Assembly: GCF_963921235.1 (NCBI RefSeq)
Contig: NC_086097.1
Coordinates: 205,284,001 to 205,348,000 of the forward strand
From: Mobula hypostoma
Taxonomy: Eukaryota
Reading direction: 5' to 3'
Length of the DNA: 64,000 bases
The notes under the pieces: model-generated
Database searches by the model: none
Seen by the model: only the letters and a program-made list of their open reading frames with translations
What the model was told of the DNA's origin: nothing
In this document: positions 25,700 through 39,200 of the stretch, one piece after another
Layout: each line of letters starts with the position of its first letter
Position numbering within the stretch: position 1 is the first letter of the stretch
Made by a program: the position numbers and the translations under genes

Positions 25700-26943
25700 C
25701 CAGCCAACACCATTAAGGTGAATTTGCCCAGGAATAGAGGAACCTCTGTTGACAGGTACAACATTGGATAAAACGAATGTTATGTGCACTGTCAAAGGCA
25801 AGCAACCCTTTCCTTCATAAAATAAAAAACAGAAAGTGCTGGAAATCCTCTAAATGTTAGGCCATATCCAGTTGAAGATAATCAAAATTAATGTGTCCAG
25901 CCAACACCGTGAAGATGAATTCACCTAGGAACAGAGGTACCACTAATGATAGGTACAACATTTATTTATTACATTTTTATTTTTATTGGCTTTATTTTTT
26001 ACATCCTTCACAGACATGAGGAGTAAAAATCCTTACTTTACGTCTCTGCCTAAATGTGCAATGTGCAAATGAGAGTAATTTGTCATAAATAGTATGTATA
26101 ATAGGACAGTCAATATAGCTTATAAATACAATTGTGTCAGCATGAATTAATCAGTCTGATGGCCTGGTGGAAGGAGATGTCCCAGAGCCTGTTGGTCCTG
26201 GCTTTTATGATACGGTACCGCTTCCCCGATGGTAGCAGCTGGAATAGTTTGTGGTTGGGGTAACTTGGGTCCCCCAATGATCCTTTGGGCCCTTTTTACA
26301 CTCCTGTCTCTGTAAATGTTCTGAATAGTGGGAAGTTCACTTCTGTAGATGCGCTGGGCTGTTTGCACCACTCTCTATAGGGTCCTGGGATCAAGGGAAG
26401 TACAATTCCCTTACCAGACAGTGATGCAGTCAGTCAGGATGCTCTCAATTGTGCCCCTGTAGAAAGTCCTTTGGATTTGGGGACTCATGCCAAACTTCTT
26501 CAACTGTCTGTTTGGCACGGCTTTGTGGGCCATAGGGCCTGTATTTTGCTGTAGGTTTTCTATGTTTCTATGTCTGAGAGAAAGAGGCACAGTTGTGCTT
26601 TTTTTCACCAGACATCTGGTATGTACAGACCACGTGATATCCTTGGTGATGTGTATACCAAGGAACTTAAAGCTGTTCACCCTCTTGACCCCAGATCTAT
26701 TGATGTCAATAGGGGTTAGCCTGTCTCCGTTCCTCCTGTAGTCCACAACCAGCTCCTTTGTTTTTGTGACTTTGGGGGAGAGGTTGTTCACTTAACACCA
26801 CTGTTATGTGGTGATAAAACCAATGTTCTGTTCACTGTCAAAGGCAAAGTAATCATTTCTTTCATAAAATAAAAAAACAGACAATGCTGGAAATCCTCTA
26901 AATGTTAGGCCATATCCATTTGAAGATAAACAGAATTAATGTT
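25700..26943 (+). repeat. ~197-bp tandem duplication whose second copy is split by a LINE insertion
   Basis: Copy 1 is 25700-25896; copy 2 is 25897-25962 plus 26813-26943. Both contain GCTGGAAATCCTCTAAATGTTAGGCCATATCCA. Confidence 0.85.
25963..26805 (-). mobile_element. Rex1/Babar-like LINE 3' part, with a short CR1 tail nested at ~26511-26572
   Basis: KTKELVVDYRR, SFKFLGIHITKDITWS, QLKKFGMSPQ, GTIESILTDCITVW; nested GGGCCATAGGGCCTGTATTTTGCTGTAGGTTTTCTATGTTTCTATG flanked by TGTCTG. Confidence 0.85.
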
Positions 26944-28830
26944 TCAAGTTGAAGACCATTTTGTCAGAACTATAATTGAGACAAAAGAAGCTTATTAACC
27001 TGCAGGGATAGGAGGGAAAGAAAATGAGTCCTACAGGGAGAAGAATGTGGGAGTTATGAAATGCAAAGAAGGAAGACATGCCCAGCAGGTCAAGTTAAGT
27101 ATGTCATCCACTCTCAGAGGAATAAAAAAGGTTTTAAAAAGGGGACAAAATGACAAATAGGCTCTGCCAGTATTACAAATGGACAATGAATGCAAAGAAG
27201 CCAAGTTACCTGAAGTTGTTGAATTAAACATTAAGTCCAGATGGCTTCAATGTGCCAAGATAGCACATTACCAATGTGTCAAACTTGCATTAGGTGCCAC
27301 TGTAATAGAGCAGGAAGCCATAGACTGATAGGTCAGAGTGGCAACAGGAAACCCAAGGCCATTCTTGCAAATTGAATGTAATTGATCCACAAAGTAGATA
27401 CCTAATTGGCATTTGAGCTTTCTAGTGTACATTGTGACCATTGAATGCAGTACATGCACTGGAAAACAGTGAATCACTGATTCACCTTGAAAAATTCTTA
27501 AGGTCTGTGGATAGTCGGAAGGGAACAAGCAAAAGGGAAAGAGGAAGTGCTGAATCACCTGCAGTTCCAAGAGGAAGTATTGTAAGATGGTGTGTCAGTG
27601 GTCAGCGTGGAAGTGTTGATTTGGGAATCCTGAAGAAATTGGTCCCTGCAAAGTGTTTGAAGAGGAGGGGAGGGGAACATATATTTGGTGGTGGAATTTC
27701 TTAGAACCTTGTGGAAATTTTGGAAAATAATTTGTTGACTATGAAGGCTGGTGTGGATCAGTTGAATAGAGTGTTTGAAATATCTATGGAAGCCAGAAGG
27801 TTTGTAATGGAAGCTGGCAGACAGATTTTTTCCTGAGATGGAGAAAGAAAGATTTAGAAAAAGGAGAGAGGAGCTGGAAATTGATCATGGAGAGGCAGAG
27901 CTAAGTAGTTATGGTGCCCAACGACGACCCCTTTGCTTGCATCTTTGAAAACAGTTACATTTCCATCTTCAATATCTCTATTTTTCCCTTTCAGGGTTTG
28001 TTTGAAGACCCTGACCTGGAGTTACATATTGACTACAGTTCTTTGTGGGAATGGGACCCGGTCTCAGGGCTCCATGATCGGCCGCTATTCGGCATGCTAA
28101 AGTCTCGGCCTAAGATTTCGGCACAGTTTCAGAAAGAAGCCTAGGATCTCGAGTAACTGGAGACGGGTGAATCACGGGTCGGTGTTGCCCCAGGAGTTCC
28201 GTGTGTCGTTAGGGGAGTCAGAACATGTACTGTGTGCCTGGGGACCCAGGATCCTTGCGATCTGCAGGCACAGAGCTCGGAAAAAGTGACGTAATGGACT
28301 TTTAACATCGTAAACCAGTGAGTTGTCTGCTATCTCTCCTGCTCATTGGAAAATGGAATGGAGTCAACCTCTTTCTCCCTTATTAGGAGAAAGAGAGCCT
28401 GCAGCTTGTTGAATTATTGGGTGAACTATGTAGTCTTTGGGGTAACTGCAAGTCTGTGTCTTTGCTATTGCTTTGCTCACGCTTGAGTGCTGGTAGCGGG
28501 TGCACTTTATTTTTGCCAGTAGGGGAGGGGCATTTTTGCTCACTACCACTTATGCGTGGGAGGGAGGGGATCTGGGGGGAACTTTGGGGTTCTAACGTTT
28601 AAATGTCATTAATTCTTTGGGGCACTCCTCTGTTTTTGTAGATGGTTGCGAAGAAAAAACATTTCCGGATGTATAATGTATACAGTTCTCTGACACTAAA
28701 TGTACCTTTGAATCTTTGAAAGTGAGGGAAGGGTGGAAACTGGCAGAAGAAATAATGAAATTGTCAGCATAAGTGCAGGGTGCAGCCCAATATAGTCAAT
28801 GGTGTACAGAAAAAAAAACAAAAAGAAGTG
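26870..28830 (-). mobile_element. Old Penelope-like element, interrupted at ~27890-28720
   Basis: Reverse-complement similarity to the 31470-33545 Penelope (tail, GIY-YIG region, RT region); heavily decayed. Confidence 0.55.
27890..28720 (+). mobile_element. Non-coding LINE-like retroposon (5' UTR-like head + CTTTGAA-repeat tail)
   Basis: Starts GGAGAGGCAGAGCTAAGTAGTTATGGTGCC, is CpG-richer than its flanks, ends TAAATGTACCTTTGAATCTTTGAA; host Penelope sequence rejoins across it. Confidence 0.55.
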
Positions 28831-28983
28831 GACCTAGGTATGACTGAAGCAAAGTCTGTCTCTTCTGTGACGAGAGTCCTTGACCAGAATGGCTTGGACC
28901 AAAAGCTGGAGTATCTGAGGCTAAGATCAAGACACGGTTTTAAACTGGGTCGAGAATCTGAGCACAAAACAAGCACCAGATGA

Positions 28984-29470
28984 AATCATGAGCAGCTGCA
29001 GAAGGTTGTAAATCTAGTCAGCTTCACCTTGGGTACTAGCCTACAAAGTACCCAGGACGTCTTTAGGGAGCAGTGTCTCAGAAACGCAGCGTCCATTATT
29101 AAGGACCTCCAGCACCCAGGCCATGTCCTTTTCTCACTGCTACAATCAGGTAGGAGGTACAGAAGCCTGAAGACACACACTCAGCGATTCAGAAAGAGCT
29201 TCTTCCCCTGTCATCCAATTCCTAAATGGACATAGAATCTTTGGACACTACCTCATTTTTTTTAATATACAGTATTTCTGTTTTTGCATGTTTTTAAAGA
29301 ATCTATTCAATATACATAGTTGATTTACTTGTTTATTTATTAATTATTTTTATTATATTTTGTTTTTTTCTCTGCTAGATTATGTATTGCATTGAACTGC
29401 TGTTGCTAAGTTAACAAATTTCATGTCACATGCCAGTGATAATAAACCTGATTCTGATTCTAATTCTGAT
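28984..29470 (+). mobile_element. Rex1/Babar-like LINE 3' end
   Basis: AASIIKDLQHPGHVLFSLLQSGRRYRSLKTHTQRFRKSFFP; AATAAACCTG(ATTCTG)n tail. Confidence 0.85.
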
Positions 29471-29780
29471 ATCAATCTCAACTATAAATTCATACCTAGG
29501 TAATAGTTAGTTGCTGAATAATTGGCACAGAGATGAGTCCTGATAAGCACTATGGTTTCTTTCATTTAATCTCACTGACAATATTTTTTGAACGACTTCT
29601 ATAAATAATGTGGCTCTAAAGTTAATGAAGGATTGTTATCTTTGTTTCCCTTCTTACCACTCTGGGTAGCTTGAACAAGACTCGGCTAGATAGGGAGTGT
29701 AAATGTTGATAAAACCTGGATTAGTTGATCCAGATCAGATTGCTGAATCAAAGGGAGGCTTGTGACTGAAGGCATATACA

Positions 29781-30128
29781 CAGGAGAACTCCAATAATCT
29801 GGCATGCCCCTGATGTTGCGGGTGTGAACCATCGGACTTCCTGGAGAGTTGGATGCTATTCAATTAATACTCCAACAATATGTTTTTTTCAGATATTTAT
29901 ACAGTTGTACAAATAGTTTTCCAGTAAAAAAACAGCATATTTGAAGGGAATGTGGAACACAGAACCTGGCATGTTTCAAGGCGTTTGAAGATGGGGTGTC
30001 TGTGAGATGAATGGGATTTTGAGAACTAAGTCCCAAATGATCCTGATGTCAAAACTTTGCATCTGTCAGAACAATCCTGCTTATTGGTTTTCTCAACAAT
30101 TGGTCTGTAGATTATCGGAATTCTAATG
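29781..30128. mobile_element. Old Tigger/pogo-like MITE
   Basis: Imperfect TIRs CAGGAGAACTCCAATAATCT and AGATTATCGGAATTCTAATG|TA. Confidence 0.55.
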
Positions 30129-31469
30129 TACAGAATAAATTTCAGGTTGGTAATTAGACTTGGTACAAGAGCAATATATTGAATAAAATAAAAGATTATT
30201 GTGTCAAAGTAATATTCTTCACACAGAGAGAATCTCTGGCAAATTCAATTCTAGAAGAATATTTCTACAAGATGGTGATTAGCTGGTCATGTAATATAAT
30301 TCTTCTGCATTCCCATCAACATTCTCTGCTCCATAATGAGGGACTGGGATGAAAGCGAGATTTTTCTGACACACTCAGAAATAACTATTCTTAAATGACT
30401 TCTGTGTAAATTATTTCTCTAAGTTCTAGTAAAGAACAGATCCATTTGAAACTTGAAATTGTGAAAACGTATTGTAAGCTGCCTACCTTGCCTACATTAG
30501 GATCTGTGTAAGTCCTTGCAATGTTGTGTTAGAATAACACTAAATAACCTCGGTAATTTCTAAAAGCACCTTTCTCGTTAAACTGCAAAGGAATTAATTA
30601 ATTTATTGAACAAAATAAATAGCTTCAAACTTAAACTGAGCTGGAAGATTTATACATTTTGTTCTTTTATTCTTCTCAAATGAAATAAAACATACCCCAT
30701 GGCATGCTACTAATGGAAGTTTACTTAAAACAATAATGATTGTATTACTTAGAGGAAATCTAAAGTATAGCTTTGAAATGGGCTTATTTATGTGGATATC
30801 AAAAATACTTTGATCATTTTATTGTGATTTTGATTATCTTTCTGCTATGCTGGTATCCACTGTGAAATTGGACTGGCCATTTGCTGGTGCAATTTACTTC
30901 AGCATGGCTGATATTTTCCTTTTGTTATACATGCATTTAATACCATTCTCACATGCATTACCAATGGAAACTGGAGCAATAAAGTACAACCGGCAACCTT
31001 TGCTTTTAATTCCACATAAAACAAGTAGCAAACCTGGAGGCAAGTCAGAATAGGACATGTAGATTAAACAGCCCCCATGAGGACATTAATTTGTAGTTCT
31101 CTGCAGTTGCCTGCTGGAGATTTAATGCTCTGCATATTTCACACGTTGTTGCTGGGGCTCTCTGTACTTATTGCTGCTGTGTACAGCAGGGTTCCATGCT
31201 GTTATTTATTAGAGTCTGAGTTCAGATCTCACAGTAGCTTGGGGCCACTCACAGCACAGGACTTGATCTGCAATGATGATGGGTTGGGGTACGAGTGACT
31301 ACACATAATGAAGGCATGCACTGCCACTAACCTACTTTTTCATCAAAATCACGGCAATATCTTTTGCTGCTGTTCTCTGGCCTTCATGAAAAGAGAACTT
31401 TAAACCTACTTTCTTTCCATCGCTTCCAGGAGAAAGACTATTGGAAACTGCACTGATCAGGTTTGAATA

Positions 31470-33545
31470 CAGAAATCCCCTCCACCACCACACTCCTCCA
31501 TTTGGCCTCCCTCCACTACCACCACTCTCCTCCGTCTGGCCCCCTCCACTATCTGCAAAACTGGTCCTCACCCTCAACATCTCCTTTGGCTTCTCCCACT
31601 TTCTCCAAACTCAGGGGATATCCATGGGCACCAACTATTCCTGCCTTTTCCTTGGCTGCATAGATCAGTCCAAATCTACCCTGATAATGTTTCCAATTCT
31701 TCCTGAACTATATTGATGACTGTATTGGTGCTGCTTCATGCACCAATGCTGAGCTCATCAAATTCATCAACTTTGCCTCTAACTTCCACCCTGCCCTTAA
31801 ATTCACTTGGTCTATTTCTGACACTTCCCTCCACTTTCTTAACCTCGCTGTCTCCATCTCTGGAAACAAATGTTGACCGACATATTTTATAAACCTACCA
31901 ATTCCCTGGCCATCTTGACAATACCTCTTCCTAACCTGTCTCCGGTAAAATTACTATTCCCTTTTCTCAGTTCCTTCATCTCCACTGCATCTGTTCCCAG
32001 AATGAGGCTTTCTTTTCCAGGACATCAGAGATAGAACATATAACATAGAATAGTACAGCACAGTACAGGCCCTTCGGCCCACAATGTTGTGCCGACCCTC
32101 AAACCCTGCCTCCCATATAAACCCCCACCTTAAATTCCTCCTCTAGTAATCTCTTAAATTTCACTAGTGTATCTACCTCCACCACTGACTCAGGTAGTGC
32201 ATTCCACGCACCAACCACTCTCTGAGTAAAAAACCTTCCTCTAATATCCCCCTTCAACTTCCCACCCCTTACCTTAAAGCCATGTCCTCTTGTATTGAGC
32301 AATGATGCCCTGGGGAAGAGGCGCTGGCTATCCACTCTATCTATTCCTCTTATTATCTTGTACATGTCTATCATGTCTCCTCTCATCCTCCTTCTCTCCA
32401 AAGAGTAAAGCCCCAGCTCCCTTAATCTCTGATCATGATGCTTACTCTCTAAACCAGGCAGCATCCTGGTAAATCTCCTCTGTACTATTTCCAATGCTTC
32501 CACATCCTTCCTATAGTGAGGCGACCAGAACTGGACACAGTACTCCATGTGTGGCCTAACCAGAATTTTATAGAGCTGCATCATTACCTTGCGACACTTA
32601 AACTCTATCCCTCCACTTATGAAAGCTAACACCCCATAAGCTTTCTTAACTACCCTATGGATGTTCCCCTTCCTCACAGAATGGGGTTTCCATTCCTCCA
32701 CCAGTGATGCTGCCCTCACCCTATCTTCCCACTGTCTTAACAGGAATAGATTTCCTCTTGTTCTCACCTACCACACCATGAGATTTCACGCCCACCACAT
32801 TATTCTCCACAATTTCCACTATCTCAATAGGATCCTGCCACTAAACACATCTCCCACCCCACCCCCAGCAACAGAAATGCCACACCTGCCCATTCACCTC
32901 CTCCCTCACCTCCATTCATATCCCCAAACTGTCCTTCCAGGTGAGGCAACACTTCAGTTGCAGATCTGTTGGTGTCATTTATAGTATCTGGTGCTCCCAA
33001 TGCAGCCTCCTCTACATTGGTCAGACCCAGCAGATAATGGGTGACAGCTTGGTCGGCCACCTCCAAAAACGGAACTTCCCAGTGGCAACCATTTCAATTC
33101 CCATCCTGATTCTTTCTTTTGCCATGATGAGGCCACTTTCAGGATGAAGGAGCAACACCTCATTTGGTCCAGGTAGCCTCCAAACTGTGACATGAACATC
33201 GATTTCTCCTTCATCATTTTTTCCCTCCAGTTTCTTCTGTTCCCCAGCTTGGCCTCTTACCTCATCCCCTTACCTGCCTATACCTCCCCCTGGTGACCCT
33301 CCACCTTCCCTTTCTCTCATAATCCATTCCCCTCTCCTATCAAGTTCTGTCTTCTCCAGCCCTTTACCTTCCCCACCCACCTGTCTTTACCTATCACCTT
33401 CTAGCTAGACCTCCTTCCCGTCCCCCCATTTTTTTATTCTAATGCCTTCCCCCCTAACCATCCAGTCCTGAAGAAGGGTCTGGGCAAGTAACATCAACTA
33501 TTTACTCATTTCCATTGAACTGCTGAGTTGCTCCAGCATTTAGTG
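31470..33545 (+). mobile_element. Penelope-like element (RT + GIY-YIG relic) with nested CR1
   Basis: SHFLQTQGISMG, YIDDCIG, FINFASNFHPALKFTW, GVIYSIWCSQCSLLYIGQT; C/T-rich tail with degenerate hammerhead at ~33463-33500. Confidence 0.9.
32030..32658 (-). mobile_element. Young 5'-truncated CR1, same family as 15523-16442
   Basis: Near-identical tail and protein end (FKVGVYMGGRV); host Penelope GACATCAGAG|ATGTTCCCC rejoins across it. Confidence 0.9.
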
Positions 33546-34174
33546 GGTTTTGGGAATCTCATGGAATATGACTCCAAGGATTTTTCAAGCTAAATTCCTT
33601 TAATGATGTGATATTTTTGGAAATCTTCTGAATGATTTGATTGCATGAAATACAATGTCCTTAGACCTCCATTTAAAGTTGAACACTATCTCTGGGCATA
33701 TTTCCTCGAGCTGGTATATTCCTTGTCTACTTCTATGTGGTCACATTTTAGCTGCTTCTATTTTCTGATCATTTGGTTTGGGGACAATCGCCTTGCCAGT
33801 GACTGCCCTTCACGTGTTTCCTCCAAGTGGGGATAAATTGGCGTGAACACAGTGGGCCAAAGACTTGTTTCTGTGCTTTACAGCTCTATGATTCTTTGAA
33901 AGGAAAGGGTCCACAAACTAGATTGCACAATTTAAAATCCTAATGGACTGATAGTTCTTTGGACATTGGATTGCATAGAGGTAGCATTTCAGAATGACTA
34001 TACCAGGTGGGATCACAATTAGGATGAAGCGATGTTCTAATGTGCAGAATGTCCGAAGTACTGTGCGAACTAGATATGACATCCTGGACAGTCATGTATG
34101 CAAATGAACAAACCACCAGCCCTTTATCTCTTATATTAACCAATTTCCCAGCACTTTACAACACCCCTCACACC

Positions 34175-34385
34175 CTCTCGGTTTCACCTACCACCTACCA
34201 CCTTGTACTTCTTCCTCCCTTCCCCCACCTTCTTCCTTTGATTTCTCATCTTTTTTTTCCAGTCATGATGAAGAGTCCGGGCTTGAAACATCAACTTTTT
34301 ACTCTTTTCCCATAGATCCTGGCCTGCTGTGTTCCTCCAGCATTCTGTGTGTGTTGCTTGGATTTCCAGCATCTGCCGATTTTAT
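34175..34385 (+). mobile_element. Penelope-like tail
   Basis: CAGTCATGATGAAGAGTCCGGGCTTGAAACATCAACT...GTGTGTTGCTTGGATTTCCAGCATCTGC. Confidence 0.75.
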
Positions 34386-36287
34386 TGAATTAGAAATAAC
34401 TTTTTATTGTAAGTTGCCATGTCATCCTATAACCAGATTAACCCCTTATTAAAGTTCTATGTTTTTGTTTCTTTGTGAAATTGTTACAGGCATTTTTAAA
34501 ATAAAACTTGCATCTATTTAGCTAAAATGTAATAAGATTTAGTAATTAGTTTTAGGAAATGCTGGTCAATTTGATTTCTAAGAGAAGTAGGCCTTAAGTT
34601 CACATTTCTCTGTACGTAGCTCTGCAGGATCTTTGCAGCTATATCAGAAACAAATAATGAATAAGGGCTTGTCCATTTTTGGCCTTGAATAATTAAATCT
34701 GCCCAGCATGGCAAACCATGAGCCTCCAAATATTTCTTCATCTTCTGTGCTCATTTTTAATCCAGAAGCAAAATAAGCTTTAATACAAAGCATTAAAATT
34801 TACAAAAGCAAGTCTTGTAAAAATGAATACTTTATCATTAACAATGTGACATTTATAATGTAAATAGGTGGAGTACTGAATTGATAGCAAGATTTCCTAT
34901 TTTTCAAATACACACCAATGAATAGCTTCCCATATTTTATTTATATAAATTGGCAAATTTTACGTGTTGATTTATATGAAACTGATACTGTTGTTATATA
35001 TTTGTCCAAGAAAGTGTTCCTTTATTACATGCAGCAAGTAGATTATGTATTATGAGATTTATAATTTAATGTTATAAAACTGTATAATTATAAATTACAT
35101 GAATTAGTAATATGATTATATGTATAATTTCTATTACCTTCTATTGTACCTTGGCATTGAAGACTGAGTTGTAGAACTCTCTTTACAGGTTAAAGATTAA
35201 TTTTGCATTATAGTAATGATTGTGCTAGATTAGCTGCAAGAGAACATCTTCTGCACAATTGAATAAAAATGGAAAAATTGTATAGATACATGTTCAATAG
35301 TGTTAAAAGTAATCAAAATTCAGGCTCAAATTTGTAATACTATTAAGATTGAAATAGATACGTGTCTATAATGAAAAAAGATCTATTCACTGTCTATATT
35401 TGCATTGCAAAATGAAAGAAATAACTGTCTTGGGGATTGCTAAAATGGGATTGCAAAGACAGCAAATATCAATGCATTGGCTTGCTGTGCATATACAATA
35501 AAAATTGATAATTTGTAATCTATTAGGAAACACTAATGGTTGGCATCTGGCTCACTATATTTTGATTCCAACTCTCTAGAGCCTGATTTCCCATGCAACC
35601 TCTGATATACATTGGCCCTGCTTCCTGCACTCCCTCTGAACATGCTAGAGCCCAACGCTCGCTTAAACTGACAGGGACTCTGTTTTCTGTATTACCTTGA
35701 AACTCAGCTTTTTCCCATTTTCCCTTTAAAATGACCATGTTTGGTTGAAAATGTATTTCTCTACTCTGTAAGATTTAATAAATAATGCCCAAAAATCTAC
35801 TGACCCAGTACCATTAAATTCCAAACGTATCAGATTAGTGAGGTTTTACAGTAGAAGGAACTGTGTCTCAATTGAGCTTAACCACTGGAAATATGGATAG
35901 GATATTGAACCTGTGGTACAAAGTTAACGGAAAGAAGCAAATACCATCAGATAAGTTCTGAATCAAGAATGTTAATGTAATTTACTTTTTTTTAAAAAAA
36001 AGAGAGTTCAAAACAAATGGCTGGTATTCACTGGACTGGATTTTATTGAAGTATAACTGTAACTAGACATCCTAATTGCTCATCAAAATGCACTCTATCA
36101 ATCACAAATGGCATTGTGCATACAGATTTTTCGGGGAGACTTTTTCATATTCTTCACAGGTGACAATTCACATTTTCAGGGACATTTCAGGACAGCAATC
36201 AATGACCCATGGTCACTGTAACTTGATATCATCTCAGTGTGATCTTATTCAACACTGTCTCTCAAAATACTTGTTCACTTAAAAGAG

Positions 36288-39200
36288 AGTCTCAATACGA
36301 AGGAGAGGGCATATAAGCTAGCAAAGGTGAGTGGGAAGTTGGATGATTGGGAAGCTTTTGAAATCAAACAAAAGTCAACTAAAAAGCAATAAGAAGGGAA
36401 AAGATGAAATATGAGGGCACACGAGCCAATAATATAAAACAGGATACTAAAAGCTTTTTCAGTTATATAGAGAGTAAAAGAGAGGTGAGAGTTGAAATTG
36501 GACCACTGGAAAATGATGCTGCTGAGGTAGTAATGGGGGACAAAGAAATAACAGATGAACTTAATGGGCACTTTGCATCAGTCTTCACTGTGGAAGACAC
36601 TAGCAGTGTGCCAGAGGTCTGTGAGTGTCAGGGAACAGGAGTGAGTGCCATTGCTATTACAAAGAAAAAAGTGTGAGGCAAACTCAAAGGTTAAGGTGGA
36701 TAAGTCACCTGGACCAGATGGTCTACGTGACAGAAGCCTGAAAGAGCTTACCAAAGAGATAATGGATACATTGGTCATGATCTTTTAATAATCATTTGAT
36801 CCTGGCATGATCCCAGAGGACTGGAAGATTGCAAATGTCACTCCACTCTTTAAGTAGGGAGGAAGGCAAAAGACAGGAAACTATAGGCCAGTTAGCTTAA
36901 CCTCATTGGTTGGGAAAGTGGAGTCTTGTGGTCGAACTGATATGCGATGAGTGAAAACAACACACTGACTCAAGTAGGGTCTGGCTGAACCATTTACTGT
37001 TTGAATCGGCCCGCGCTTAAGTACCCGCTCCCAGCAACCCCTGCTTTCCGCAGGCCGAAAGCTGCGTCAGCTTCCGGGCCGAGGTCTGCCCCGCACTCAG
37101 ATTCCTCTCGGTTGCCGCAGGCTGTGGGTTCGCTGGCGACTGCTGGAGCCGGTTCACTTGATGCGTGAGTGAGTTGCCACTTGACTCCCCCCGCTCCCCA
37201 GAACCAGCGGTAGGAGGTGCAGTCTGCAGCCTGCACACTCTCAGTCCTTTTAGGTGGCCAGCCTCGACATCGTGGGGGTAGTATCGCAACCAGGTGTTCA
37301 AGGTCCAGATGCGCCGGTTTGAAACAGTCAATGGTAAAAGTCTCGTCCCGACCGCCGATGTCGAGAACGTAGGTCGTCCCATTATGGTGCACCACTTCAT
37401 ATGGTCGCTGCAGGGTGGTCTGTGTGTGCCTCAGCGAACGGGAACATACTTGCTCTGTTGTAGGTCCCTGGGCACGAAAGAGGGTGTTGTTCCGTAGTGG
37501 GACGTCGGGACTGGAGCAAGGGTTCCAAGCCGTTCCCGGAGTTTAGTTAGGACCCCAGCAGGTGTGTCCTCCGGGCCATAGGGTGCTGGCACAAACTCAC
37601 CGGGAACTGTGAGCAGGGCACCGAAACCAGTTTGGCCGATGACGCTGCCACCCAGGCCGTCCATAAGCAGTAACCGTGTGGACCGTTCACAGCAGGAGAG
37701 GCCAAATGTACAGACTAACAGGGCCTTGAGTGCCTTGTACCTGTCTGTTGCCAGGAGCTGATGTAGAAATTCAATAATGCGACCCGCTGTCTCCTGGTCA
37801 AGGGCGCCCACCATGTAGTAATACTTGGTGGCGTCTGAGATGATTTTCCTGACCTGGAATTGGGCCTCTGCTTGCTCAAACCAGACCAGGGGTTTAATGG
37901 TCCAGAAGGTCGGCAGTTTAAGGAAACTGAATTCTGCAGAGCCGGATGTTCATGTCGGGTCCAAATGCCGTTGGACCGTCGGGGTCACCAATGTGGTCGA
38001 GCTGATATGCGACGAGTGAAAACAACACACTGACTCGAGCAGGGTCTGGTTGAACCGTTTACTGTTTGAATCGGCCTGCACTTAAGTACCCGCTCCCAGC
38101 AACCCCCTCTCTCCGCGGGACAGAAGCGGCATCGGTTTCCGGGCCGAGGTCTGCCCCGCACTCAGGTTCCTCTTGGTTGCTGCGGGCTGCGGGTTCGCCG
38201 GCGACTGCTGGAGCCAGTTCGCTTGCTGCATGGGTGAGCCGCCACAGTCTGTTATTAATGATGAGGTTTCGGGGTACTTGGAGACTAATGATAAAATAAG
38301 TCAAAGTCAGCATGGTTTCTGTAAAAGGAAATCTTGCCTGACAAATCTGTTAGAGTTCTTTGAGGAAGTAACAAGCAGGGAGAGGCAGCGGATATCATTT
38401 ACTTGGATTTTCAGAAGGCCTTTGACAAGGTGCCACTTATGAGGCTGCTTAACAAGATAAAATTTTATGGCATTACAGGAAAAATACTGGCATGGATAGA
38501 GGAATGGCTAACCGACTGGAAGCAGTGAGCGGAAATAAAGGGGGCCTTTTTCTGGTTGGTTGCTAGTAACTAGTGGTGTTCCTCAGTGGTCAATATTGGG
38601 ACCACTGTTTTTTCAGATTGTTTGTCAATGATTTAGATAAAGGAATTGATGGCTTTGTGGCAAAGTTTGCAGATGATACCAAGATACGTGGAGGGGTAAG
38701 TAGTGCTGAGAAAGCAATGTGATTGCAGCAGGACTTAGACAAATTAGAAAAATGGGCAAAAAAGTGGCAGATGGAACACAGTGTTGGAAATGTATGATAA
38801 TGCATTTTGGTAAAAGGAACAATAGTGTGGACTATTAGCTAAATGGGGAAAAGGTTCAAACAGCAGAGATGTAGAGGGACTTAGGAGTCCTCACGTAAGA
38901 CCCCCACAAGGTTAATTTATAGGTTCAGTCAGTGATAAAGAAGGCAGGTGCAATGTTGGCATTCATTTTAAGGGGAATAGAATATAAAAGCAAGGAGGTA
39001 ATGCTGAACCTTTATAAGACACTAGTCAGGCCACACTTGGAGTATTGCTAACAGTTCTGGGCCCCATATCTCAGAAAGAACGTGCTGTCATTGAAGAGAG
39101 TCCAGAGGAGGTCTATGAGGATGATTCTGGGAATGAAGGGGTTAACATGTGAGGAGCTTTTGGCAGCTTTGTGCCTGTACTCACTGGAATTTAGAAGAAT

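Noticed and set aside
34514..34741. ORF MKKYLEAHGLPCWAD... as a possible exon
   Set aside because: In-frame stop just upstream, no polypyrimidine acceptor, no family recognised.
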